A stretch of DNA of 64,000 bases from Octopus vulgaris (taxonomy: Eukaryota). The translations under genes were made by a program, and so were the position numbers. Below are positions 52,968-64,000 of this stretch, piece by piece. Under the pieces are notes generated by a model. It was not told the origin of the DNA and made no database searches. It saw only the letters and a list, made by a program, of their open reading frames with translations. Numbering within the stretch: position 1 is the stretch's first letter; the number at the start of each line of letters is the position of its first letter. The DNA is taken from assembly GCA_951406725.2 (NCBI GenBank), contig OX597822.1:92132001-92196000 (forward strand), written 5' to 3'.

Positions 52968-53632
52968 AAACAGCAAACAAATGTATTAGTTTAACGCTTG
53001 AGAAGTGAAAAAGTCTCCTATGTTTCAAGCCTACACTCTTCGACAGAAAGGAACGCAGAAATAAACAGAGCGAGAAAATAGAAACAGGATTACTGGCTAG
53101 CGATCTAAGGGAAAAGGAAAGGGAGGGAGAGAGAGGCAGGGTAACAAGTGCGGATTGAGGTAAACGACAATAGGAAAAAGAAGAAAGTACAAAAAAGTTT
53201 AGAAAAGTTCAAAAGGTTCAAATGTTGTGGTGTATTAGAGTGATTTCTCATCAAAGGAAGATTCCAGTGTATTCCATGGGTAGGAGAGGTGCAGCCGAAG
53301 TGTGGGAGTCTAGGTAGAGTCGAAGTGTGGGAGTCTAGGGAGTCTAGAAAGTCTAGGTAGAGAATCAAGGTAGAATGGTCCAACAAAAGTTTGAAGTGAA
53401 GGAAGAGACAGGATAAAACTGGTGCAACCACGTGAGCATGTAATACATTGTGAGAATTTACAAAAAACAAAGGACGAAGACGGGTGTGTAAGCAATGAAC
53501 AGATGTATTAGTTTAAAGCTCAGGAAGTGAGAAAGTCTTTTATGTTTCGAGCGTACGCTCTTCGACAGAAAGGAACACAGAAATAAACAGGGAGAGAAAA
53601 TAGAAAATGGTTTAGTGGCTAGTGATCTAAGA
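52968..53632 (-). mobile_element. Tandem PLE pLTRs, each with a minimal HHR variant
   Basis: Direct repeats at about 52968-53107 and 53490-53632. Minus strand 53572-53537 reads CTTT-CTGTCGA-A-GAGC GTAC GCTC-GAAACATA-AAAG, and 53050-53015 is similar. Confidence 0.7.
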
Positions 53633-53748
53633 TAAAAGGGGAAAATGTATATATACTGAGATATATATATATATATATGTATATTTCTATTTTCTTTTGT
53701 TTTTATGTAAATTCTCACTATACACACACACACACACACACACATACA

Positions 53749-53784
<36 letters not shown>

Positions 53785-53814
53785 TATATTGATACACACA
53801 CACATATATAGGGG

Positions 53815-55127
53815 GCGTACATGGAGGCTACGGTTTTGGTTCCCACAACAAGGAGGGAACCAGGCTGCTGGGGTTCTGCGATGCAAATGATCTTATGGTT
53901 TGCAATACTAACTTCAGGAAACCTGCCAGTCACCTACCATTCTGGCAGACACACTAGCCAAATTGACTACATCCTCACCAGAAAAACGGAAAGATAGCTG
54001 CTTATAAATGCCAAAACCTTCCCAGACAAAGAATGTACCCCACAACATAGACTGGTAGTTAGTGACTTCAAGATCAGGGCTAAGTGGATGCCCAGAAGGT
54101 GACCAGCATGGAGGAGAAGGGTCTGGAAGCTTAAAGATCCTGCGAATGGACAGAGATTTAGAGACATATTACTCGAAGCCTTTGATGAAATAGAAGGGGA
54201 TATAGCTTCACATGATGTAGAAGACAACTGGAGGTTTCTACGGGACAACCTGCTGGGGGCCACTGACCAGGTCTGTGGATGGTGCAAAGTCCCCTCTCGA
54301 CCCAAAATAATGTGGTGATGGAACAATGTGGTTGACAGGACTATTAGAGAAAAGAAACATGCTTGGAAGGATTGGAAGAATGGTGGTAGCAGGGAATTGT
54401 ATCAGACTGCCAGAAGGGAAGCTAGGAGACAGGTTTATTTAGCCAGAGGGGAAGCAGATAAGAAAAAATTTGCCAATGTTCTGCACCGTGAGGACCAAAG
54501 ACTTGAGGTATTTTGTGTTGCAAGACAGTGTGTAAGAGAGAATCGTGATGTTGTAGGAGAGAAATGTGTCCGCATGGATGTTGATTCTCTTGCAGTAAAC
54601 GAGGCTGCAAAGAGAGAGGTTTGGAGACGCCACTATGAAAGGTTGCTGAATAAAGAAAATGAATGGGAGAAAGAGAGTCTGCCAAATGTCAACCCAACTG
54701 AGGGACCAGCTATCCGAATTGACAGTACCTTGGTAAATAAAGCAATCAAGAGTATGAAGACGGGGAAAGCCCTTGGCCCATCAGGAATCACTGCAGAGAT
54801 GCTCAAAATATCTGGCAGTGTCGGGTATAGCCAAGTCACCTGTATAGTTAACCAGGTGATACACGAAGGAGTCATACCCAATGACTGGTGTAGTAGCATA
54901 ATAGTCAACTGCTACAAAGGTAAAGGTGACGCTTTAGGTACAAATAATTACAGAGGTATCAAGCTGTTGGATCAGGTAATGGATGTCACGGAGAGGGTTA
55001 TAGCCCAAGTAATTAGAGAGTTAGCTTAGATGAGATGCAGTTTGGGTTCGTGCCAGGGAAAAGCACCACTGATGCTATATTTCTGGTAAGACAGCTGTAG
55101 GAGAAATGCCTAGCCAAAGATAAACCT
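53815..55127 (+). mobile_element. RTE LINE internal fragment (endonuclease end, linker, RT start)
   Basis: QHRLVVSDF, MKTGKALGPSGITAEML, IPNDWCSSIIVNCYKGKGDA..NYRGIKLL and [15 protein letters not shown]. Confidence 0.92.
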
Positions 55128-55890
55128 TGAAGAACCACATGATAAAGTTTAACAAAAAAGTATACATACAGATTCAAAGTGCAGCCATCGGTGTAGGTGT
55201 AGCTGGAAATGTGGCTGGCCTCTTCATGACCTGGTGGGACAGAAAACTTAAACAAATGTTAGCAGAACAGTCCACAACTCTCCTACTCTACAGTAGATAT
55301 GTAGATGACATTAATATCAGAGTTAGGACCAATTCTAGTGACAATAATGAAGAAACTGAGAAGAACGTAATGGAGAGCATCCAGCAATAGAGTGAACAAT
55401 AGAGTGCAGTTCCTCCACTCCTATTACATGAAACCCATAACTTCAAAATATGTTGTTCACAAGAACTCAGCTTTGTCACAAAACATGAAAATTAACATAC
55501 TTATAGTAGACTTAGAATAATGAACAATGTGTCCCCACTATGTGAACCCTATGAAATGAAAAAACATATACAGGGATTCATGCACCACATGCAGTTCTCT
55601 GGATATGATCAGAAAGATAGGGTTTGAGTATACAGGGGGGCTAGAAAGAAATTAGACATTATACATAATGATATCAGTGGTACCTGCCCTACATATAGAA
55701 ACGAAGAATGGAATAGGATACAAAGGACTTGTGACAAAGCAAACAGGGCGAACATGTGGTATAAAACCGACAAATATCAAGGAGTGATGTTTGTAGAGGC
55801 CGCAACCCATGGAGAACTAGCCCATAGATTTAGAAAAGCTCTGAAGGAGACCAAACTCAACATTAAAATTGTTGAAAAGCCATGTAGATA
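55128..55890 (+). mobile_element. Decayed PLE RT fragment from a different subgroup
   Basis: FNKKVYIQIQSAAIGVGVAGNVAGLFMTWWD..LYSRYVDDINI, later MQFSGYDQK and VMFVEAATHGELAHRFRKAL..IKIVEK. Confidence 0.75.
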
Positions 55891-56627
55891 GGTGTATGTG
55901 TGTGCGTGCGGGGGGGGGGGGGTATGCACATGTATGTAAGCATATGGATATGAAAATAAACATATAGACATACAGACGGATAGGTACACAGGTTATATGA
56001 ACAGACATGCACACATATGCAAATGGAGACTGAAACACATGACCATATATATACACACACACTTTACTCCACACAAGGACACATATGGAGACACGTGTCC
56101 ACACATAGAGATGTACATACATACATACAAACATGGTACATAGTTGCAAAACATACACACACACAAGGAGACAGAGGTGCATACATATACAAACACATGC
56201 TCACACACACATACATAGTAACTACACTAACACAGACATGCAAGCACATGAATGTGCAGAATACATACAGATGCACACACATATATACATACACACACAT
56301 GCATACGTACATGCATAGGCAAACACACACACATGCGCACAAACAAACAAAAAGGAACGCAGTGTAAATAACGGACAATCAAGACTATTGAAACAATTGC
56401 ATGACGCAACGAAAATTTTAGGAAAATAAAAATAAGAATGAAATAAACTTGTCAAATGAATATTTTTGATAATTTCAGTTTGAATTGAGGTCATATTGTT
56501 AATGACTTGTGTCATGATATATCCTGTTGCACTTGATGAAGGATGGAGGGAGGGTGAGATGTGGAGACATTACCTACACACTGTCTACTACAGAAAATAG
56601 AAGACAATAAATTGTTTGTGAGCCATC

Positions 56628-56738
56628 TGTCATAGAATTATCATAAGTAAGCTGACAGTCATAGGATATATCATAAGTGAAATAACTGTCGTGGGATGTA
56701 TCATAAGTGAGTCATTTGTCATAGAATGTATCATAAGC
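56628..56738. repeat. ~30-bp minisatellite, about 4 copies
   Basis: GTCATAG.AT.TATCATAAGT repeated. Confidence 0.8.
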
Positions 56739-57435
56739 AGGTGGACAAATATTGACGTGGATTCTACATATCTGTCCTGTGTTTATCAAACATACATAAC
56801 TGTTTCTTCTCTCTGCATTAAAGTAAATGCTATGTCAGTTTTATATGAATTCTAACAGTGATGTTGTAACAAGATATACCCCTTGCAAGGAGTCATTCAT
56901 CATTCAATTATTTCTAACCCTTAAACAAATTCTTTACTTTCAATCATGTTTCATGTGTTGTGTAGTCTATTCTTTGTTGATCCTTTTACTTCAAATCATA
57001 TTTTCTATATTTGCATATGAGAGGATTTTGTTTATTTTATATTTCATATTTCATCTTCAGCCTAACTTTCTCTACCATGTTTTTGTTATTCGTCACTTAT
57101 TTTCCTTTTAAAAATTCCTTCATATTTTTTGCTGCTCTCAGTATATTGTCATACTTAACGTAATTTAATTTTTGTATAATTTTCTTATTCACATAGATTA
57201 ATATACATTCTTTAACTGTGTAGATAATTAATTATCTTTTGGAAAATAGGTTGAAATTTATACATAAATGTATAAACACTTACAAATTTATATTTAGTTT
57301 ATATTTGTATTTATGTCAGTTCAACATCACCAGTGCAGTGTGTAGTAAGTTCACTGAGTGCCTGCCTTTTTTTCCTTTGTCAATGATTTACTGGCTGAAC
57401 TAAATAACTGACATACCAAGAACAGCATTTTAGAT

Positions 57436-57561
57436 ATGCAGCAGGACAGCATTAATGTTGAAACAACTGTTTGCCAACTACACTTTAATAATGTCTGTCT
57501 GTTCTCCAACAATCCATTCCACCCACTCCCACCTACATCCATGTGCAACAGTTATACAGAG
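57436..57561 (+). CDS. Possible coding exon of an unidentified host gene
   Basis: MQQDSINVETTVCQLHFNNVCLFSNNPFHPLPPTSMCNSYTE in a non-repetitive island between AT-rich flanks. AG acceptors at 57319 and 57433, GAG|GTGAAC donor. No recognised homology. Confidence 0.2.
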
Positions 57562-57899
57562 GTGAACATATTTAAAACAACAGTGTGAGGTGTGTTTTGA
57601 TGATTTTTCTACTTAACGGACTAAAAATTGCTGTATGAATTCATTAAAATAGTCATTGTGATAAGATGAATTAACCATATTTAACCAAATTTTTACGTTT
57701 AGTATTTTTGTTATCGAAAGCATCTCTTTTGTTTTCATTTCCTATTGTCATAATATAAAAACAAACAAAATTAACATGCTAATATATTTGTAATGATCTT
57801 TTCGTAAATAACTGTAACACACAATTGATGAAGTGAATCCCATAATGAATTGCATCATAGATGAACATCACTGCAGTTTTAACATCATCTTCTGGTCCT

Positions 57900-58780
57900 T
57901 CATCATCATTATCATTTAACATCCACTTTCCATGCTGGCATGGGTTGGACAGTTTGCTATGGAGGTGGCTAGCAGGGAGCTGTCCAGACTCCAACTGTCT
58001 ATTGTGGCATGGTTTCTACAGCTGAATACCCTTCCTAATGCCAATCACTTAACAGAGTCTGCTGAATGCTTTTTAAGTGGCACTGGCACCTGAAAAGATA
58101 AGCCAGTGACAGTAATTTTACTTAGCCTGATGTTTCTTATCAAGTACAACAAATTGCCACATCTAGTCCCTTGTAATTTCCTCAGTGAGGTCCAGCCTTT
58201 CTCATCACTTCATCTTACATCTTCCACAGGTTCACTCCATAATTAAATCTCGCCCTTCTTTACACAGCTTTCCTCATCCATATGAATCATATGACCAAAC
58301 TAGTGCAGTCTTCTCTTTTGCACACAACATTCCATGCTTCTTATACCTAGTTTTCTTCTTAAATCATTTAAACACTGTTCTGCATGCCCACTGACATTAC
58401 CCATCCAACAGAGGATGCTAACTTCATTTCAGTCAAGCCTTTACAAGTACTCTGTAGTCAAAGCCCATGTTTCACTGTCATGTAACATAGTTGTATGTAC
58501 ACAGGCATCACACAATCTGCTTTTCATTCTAAGGGAGAGGCCCTCAATTATCAACAAAGGTAGAAACTCTCTGAACTTTGCCCAGCCTGTTCTTATCCTA
58601 GCTACTACACTTTCAGAACTTTTTTCTCCACTGCTAACTTGGTTTCCTTGGTAACAGAAGCTATCTGCTACTTCTATTGTTCCACCCGAGCATTTGAGGG
58701 AGCCTATTGTCTGCATATTTTTAGTGTTTATTGTACCTCCACATTTGCCATACACAAAGACTATATTCTCCATTAACCTT
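57900..58780 (-). mobile_element. RTE LINE 3' fragment, degenerate
   Basis: ESVVARIRTGWAKFREFLPLL..MLHDSETWAL, followed by 3' UTR and tail. Confidence 0.85.
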
Positions 58781-60029
58781 CGTGCATGTACATGCACACA
58801 CACACACACACGTACATATTTTTCTTATGAAGTACATAGATCTCTTCAAGCATAGCAACAGAATCAACTCAAAGTATCTATAATAGAAGGAGGTAGGAAC
58901 ATGAATCGCACATCTCAATATTGTGCCATCCAAGGTCTTGACACATTTTTGTTGTTGTTTCTGGCTACAATCCATTTATAACAGTACAGACCATGCCAGT
59001 ATAGAAATAAAAATAAAAAAGCAATGGAGAATCAATGACGGTATAATAATAGATCAGGTTTTTGGATTTAGCATTACAATGTCATTTGCATTTTGAACCG
59101 TAAAGCATGTACTAAACTAGAAAACTAACTAGATGTATGAGAGTTAACAAGAGGTATGGGAAATTGCAATAAATAGCATTTATTTGTATAATATAGCCAT
59201 GAGATAGATAGACAGACAGACATAATGCCTGAGAAAATTTCAAAAGCTTCACTAATTAAACTTGTCAGGTTGTTGTTAAGATTTCTTGGGTAGAAAACTA
59301 CCATGAGAACATAATACATAAGGTTTATTGTTTTCTATTGAAATGCAGTTCTGATAAAGACTGTTTTCTGTTCCTTCCCTTTCCGACTAATATTTACTTG
59401 CATAATAGAATGCCCTCCAAGAGTTGGGAAGTGTTTTTAGAAAAATCTAAATGAAATATTTCAAAGTTCTCTCCAAATATAAAGCTTGATCCATATTTCA
59501 GCCCACCCACATCAATCTCATAACATACTCCAGAGACTTTGATACAAATGTTGTTTCTAAACATGTCTATGGTTTACTGAGTTAGACTCATTGTTGCATA
59601 TGTAAGGAAACAATGTGATGTAGCAAGTTTTGTCATTATTATTATCCTAATTGACTTCACTTTCATGAATGCTATTTTGTATTATTATAGATTGATATAG
59701 GACAACAGTGACACAAGTGATTATGCACTGATCTGTCCTTTGGCCTTCTTCAGGGGCTTATCAAATCTGGTGGTGTTCTTGAAATTTCAAACATCAAATC
59801 CTCTAGGGGTATTTTCCTTATATTATTTTACTGCTTCTGATGCTACTAGTTTATTATTCTTCAACCAGGACAAAGACCTTTGGCGATATACAGTGCTTGA
59901 GAAGACCCATCAAGCTGAGTGAAGTCGTGGCCAATGCCAGTGTTGTGTAACTGGCGCTTGTGAAGAACTGTGCAGATAATAGTTGTGGAATATGTAACAA
60001 CTTCAAATATTTGGTCATTGGTTCCTATA

Positions 60030-60330
60030 TAAAATTTAAAAGTGGATTCTCCTTCCAAGTAAATGCAGACTGAGATTAAGAATCTCATATACTGCATAAC
60101 CTGCCCTAATTGCAAAGAAAATTATATTAGCAAAGCCAACAATTTCTTTTGCCAACATGCAAGAATCCACAGACAAAAAGATTTACACAATATTCGGCCG
60201 AGGAAGCATCTCGAAATATGTGGAAACTACAGATTCAAGATGTTTCCCTTTCACAAATGCCCAAGGGATGACTCAAAGTACTAGAAGGCAGAGAAATCTT
60301 TATTTATAAATAGTGTCCGAAAAGAACCAG
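60030..60330 (+). mobile_element. PLE GIY-YIG endonuclease remnant
   Basis: KNLIYCITCPNCKENYISK...RIHRQ..KHLEICG..FKMFPF. Confidence 0.75.
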
Positions 60331-61333
60331 ATCAGATTACCACTGGATATTATTAATTATGTTCTCATTACTGTTACTAAAACAACTGGAAAAATTCACT
60401 TAAGCGACCAACACACACACACACACACAAAACTTTCCAAGACAATATGATGGAGTCTGTTTTCAACAGTTGGTTACCATGATAACTGACTGAAAACCCA
60501 GTGACTAAGAGAAAACTGATTTCTGGAAATGTCATTAATTTCGGCCATCTCAGAAAAAGACCCCTTTTTTTCTTTCTTTCTTTTACTTTTTCTTTCTAAC
60601 CAAACCTCTAAAAATTCACCACACACACATTCATACACATATACACATATAGATTCAAAATAATCTGTATGAATCCTCTTCCTAATTCAACTCCAAATTT
60701 CTTTCAACTAACATATGCATATATGAAACGCATGAATTTTCATGATGAATCTCTCAAAAAGATATGAAAGCACTAAATAAATAATTATCCCAAATCCTGA
60801 CTACCTCCATTTTCCTTATATATGTAAGGATTTAAATCATCATTTGACTATGATTATGCTTATCAAACTAGTGTTCAATTATAATAGCTACTTTGTTTAA
60901 ATACATGTTATCTGCATATCAGCTTCTAACACAATCTGATAATAGACTGTTCATATTTTTACTTTCTCCTCATTCATCATTTATTATTTCTTTCATTTGT
61001 CTATAAACTACAGAATACTTTATTTACACATGATCATTCCTAATGGCATGACTAAAACTTGCCATTTTTGTATTCCTGCTAGATTTTCTATAATTTCTTC
61101 TTGACATTAAAATTAATGCCTGTATCCCTGATAGACTAACATTTGAACGAATGTCTCTCTCTAAATAACATTTACTCTATATAAAGCATTTCAGTATAGG
61201 ATCTGACATTTTTTGTTAAACACAAATACTTTGTATGGTGTTTGAATGTATATGGTTATGTGTGTGTGTATTTTGAGTATAGTGTCATGTGTTTTGAGTG
61301 TTTTGATATGTAGGATGTGATGTCTTTCTCCAA

Positions 61334-62170
61334 ATTCGTCTCTAATTTTGTCTTTCTCCAAATCCCGGAACCATTCCTCCCGCATGTCGTGACTCCACCC
61401 CATTGGCTCACTATGTGCCCGTCTATCTATCTATCTATCTGTCGGCCTTCACCCTGTCTGTCTGTCTGTCTGTCTCTTTTAATTCCTAGTGCATGTTTGC
61501 TAGTTCGCGGTTTGTGTCTTGTCCTCCCCCTCTCTTTATCACTATGTGTCTTTCACTCTCTATCGGCCGTCACTCTGTCTGTGCCTATCTCTCCCTCTCT
61601 TTCGATTACCACTTGCTTAGCCAAGACCTCCTACTTCTTACACCCCATCACCACCCTATATAAACTAACGCACGCATGATGACCCTCCTATTCCATTTCG
61701 ATACCTTGGCTGTAAAATACGAATCTCAGAGGATGAAAAATTTCAGATAAGAGATTTTAACCTTTCAACCTACCTTCCGTTGTATTTCTGCAAGTATTCA
61801 TCATAAACCCTTATTATTATTTTCTCTCTGTTCTGTCTTATTCTGTCTATTTCAACAGCATGCCATCATGTAAATATAGTTCTGTAGTTTCGTCTTACTG
61901 TTGATGTCTAAGATAACTTTAGCTCATGCATTTCAGTTCTATATTTTCGTCTTACTTGAGATAAACTTAGCTCACACATTCCCTTATCTGCAACATATTC
62001 TTTCACTCATCTATGAAAGTTCATCACACAATCATACAGTCATTCGTCTCAAATTTTGTCTTTCTCCAAATCCCGGAACCATTCCTCCCGCATGTCGTGA
62101 CCCCCTCCCCACTGGCTCACTATGTGCTTATCTATCTATCTATCGGCCTTCACCCTGTCTGTCTGCCTCT
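61334..62170. repeat. ~125-bp direct repeats about 710 bp apart
   Basis: ATTCGTCTC.AATTTTGTCTTTCTCCAAATCCCGGAACCATTCCTCCCGCATGTCGTGAC at about 61334 and 62042. Confidence 0.8.
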
Positions 62171-62204
62171 CTCTCTCTCTCTCTCTCTCTACTATATAAG
62201 GTAG

Positions 62205-63225
62205 TGATCATACAGGACATGCGTAAGCTTGCAAGGAATGAAGCCAGTATGATCTGATGGATGTGTAATGTCAGTGTGCATACTCAACAGAGTGTTAGTA
62301 CCTTGAGAGAAAAGTTGGACCTAAGAAGCATTAGATGTGGTGTGCAAGAGAGATGACTGTGCTGGTATAGTCATGTGGCGAGAATGGATGAGAATAGCTG
62401 TGTGAAAAAGTGTCACACCCTAGTGGTTGAGGGAACCTGTGGACCCAGAAAGACCTGGGATGAAGTAGTGAAGCATGACCTTCGAACATTAGGCCTCACC
62501 AAGGAAATGACTAGTGACCGAGACTTTTGGACATATGCTGTGCTTGAGAAGACCGGGCAAGCCAAATGAGACCATAACCTGTGGCCTATTCCAGGAACGT
62601 AACCAGCCCACTTATGCGTACCTTTTCCTTCTTTGGTCATGAAACTCTGCTTGCGAAGACCTGTTGAGGCAAGTGAAATCAAAATCAAATTCGATGACTG
62701 GCATCCGTGCTAGCGGGGTGCAAAGAGCACCATACGAGTGTGATCACTGACAGAGCGGCTAACCGGCTTACGTGCCAGTGACTCATAAAAGGGCACCATT
62801 CGAGTGTGATCATTACCAATGTCGCCTTACTGGCACTTGTGCCCGTGCTAGTAGGGTGCCAAGAGCACCATCTAAGCGTGATCGTTGCCAGAGCAGCCAA
62901 CTGGCTTCCTTGTCGGTGGCACATAAAAGGGCACCATTCGAGCGTGATCGTTACCAACATTGCCTTACTGGTACCTGTGCCGGTGGCATGTGTAAAAAGA
63001 TTCGAGCGAGGTCATTGCCAGTACTGCCTGACTGGCCCCGTGCTGGTGGCATGTAAAAAGCAGCCACTACACTCTCGGAGTGGTTGCCGTTAGGAAGGGC
63101 ATCCAGCTGTAGAAACTCTGCCAGATCAAGATTGGAGCCCTGGTGCAGCCATCTGGTTTGCCAGCCATCAGTGAAAATCGTCCAACCCATGCTAGCATGG
63201 AAAGTGGCCGTTAAACGATGATGAT
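62205..63225 (+). mobile_element. RTE LINE 3' fragment
   Basis: DMRKLARNEASM..PRKTWDEVVKHDLRTLGL, 3' UTR repeats and (GAT)n tail. Confidence 0.9.
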
Positions 63226-63254
63226 ATATATTTATACATTTATATATATATATA

Positions 63255-63300
63255 CTAGCATTAAAGACCCGTCGTTGCCGGGTCATAGTGCTAGTGCATG
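63255..63300 (-). mobile_element. Helitron-type 3' terminus (element probably extends rightwards)
   Basis: Minus strand has the hairpin GACCCGGCAACGACGGGTC followed by GCTAG|T. Confidence 0.6.
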
Positions 63301-64000
63301 TATATATGTGTATATATATGTGTACATATTACATGTTCATCTATATATATACATCTACACATAAAATACAAAATACAAAGTTATATCTTGATATCGCTAG
63401 TGATAACAATACTCAAAATATATAACAGACTGGAATTGCTAGCCCGACTCTTCTAATTTCGATCAATTGTATCTTGTCCTCCCTCTTGTATAGAAGTGTG
63501 GCTACAATCCAGCCTACCTCTACTTCTGGGGTGGGGGTGGGGACATTTTAAACTTTTTCGGGACGTCCTACGTCCCAGATATAAAGGTAAAAATAATATA
63601 TTTCCACTTTGCAAGTTCGAGTCGAGTACTCCCTTGCTTCTATTGTGGCGAATTTAACGCCTCTGATTAGATACCTTTCATAGTCGCACCAAGACACTTT
63701 TCGAAGGTGCTTTCCTCCATGTTGTTTTATTATTACCCACAAGGGGCGAACACAGATGGGACAATACATTCTGATGATGGGGTCAGACAAACGAATGGGT
63801 TTTTACAATAAATCGGGTTTAGAAATTTTCATGAATAACAATAAATGGACAGAAATCGAGTGATAGGACAGACCGGAAGACATTACGGGTGGAGTGGGTG
63901 CGGGTTTAGCTCGGACCCCACGAGCCCCGCCTCCCCACTGATACTTTTGGTTGCACTTGGTATTACATTTATGTTGTAACTTTCATTCGCAACTTCCGTG

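Noticed and set aside
61670-61750. ATGATGA-CCCTC...GAGGAT-GAAAAATTTC as an HHR (similar at ~60741)
   Set aside because: C3 is missing and stems I and III are not convincing.

Overview
AT-rich, microsatellite-dense animal DNA. The SINE, RTE and PLE repeat spectrum suggests a cephalopod, probably Octopus (inference). I found no intact host coding gene. The window is mostly decayed mobile elements: Ty3/gypsy, two mariner pieces, three piggyBac lineages plus a MITE, hAT, Helitron-type elements, RTE and CR1 LINEs, several Penelope-like elements (PLEs) and many tRNA-head SINEs. A CpG-rich candidate promoter and first exon lie at about 28.9-29.5 kb. The main hidden signal is about 15 type-I hammerhead-ribozyme (HHR)-like motifs, read by eye, about half near-canonical and the rest decayed. 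Some lie in PLE pseudo-LTRs. Others lie in non-coding tandem units of about 335-352 bp (16.9-17.7 kb and 22.0-22.5 kb) that share covarying hairpins and fold back into inverted copies, which makes them a candidate retrozyme-like circular-RNA family. All calls come from manual reading; no searches or folding programs were run.
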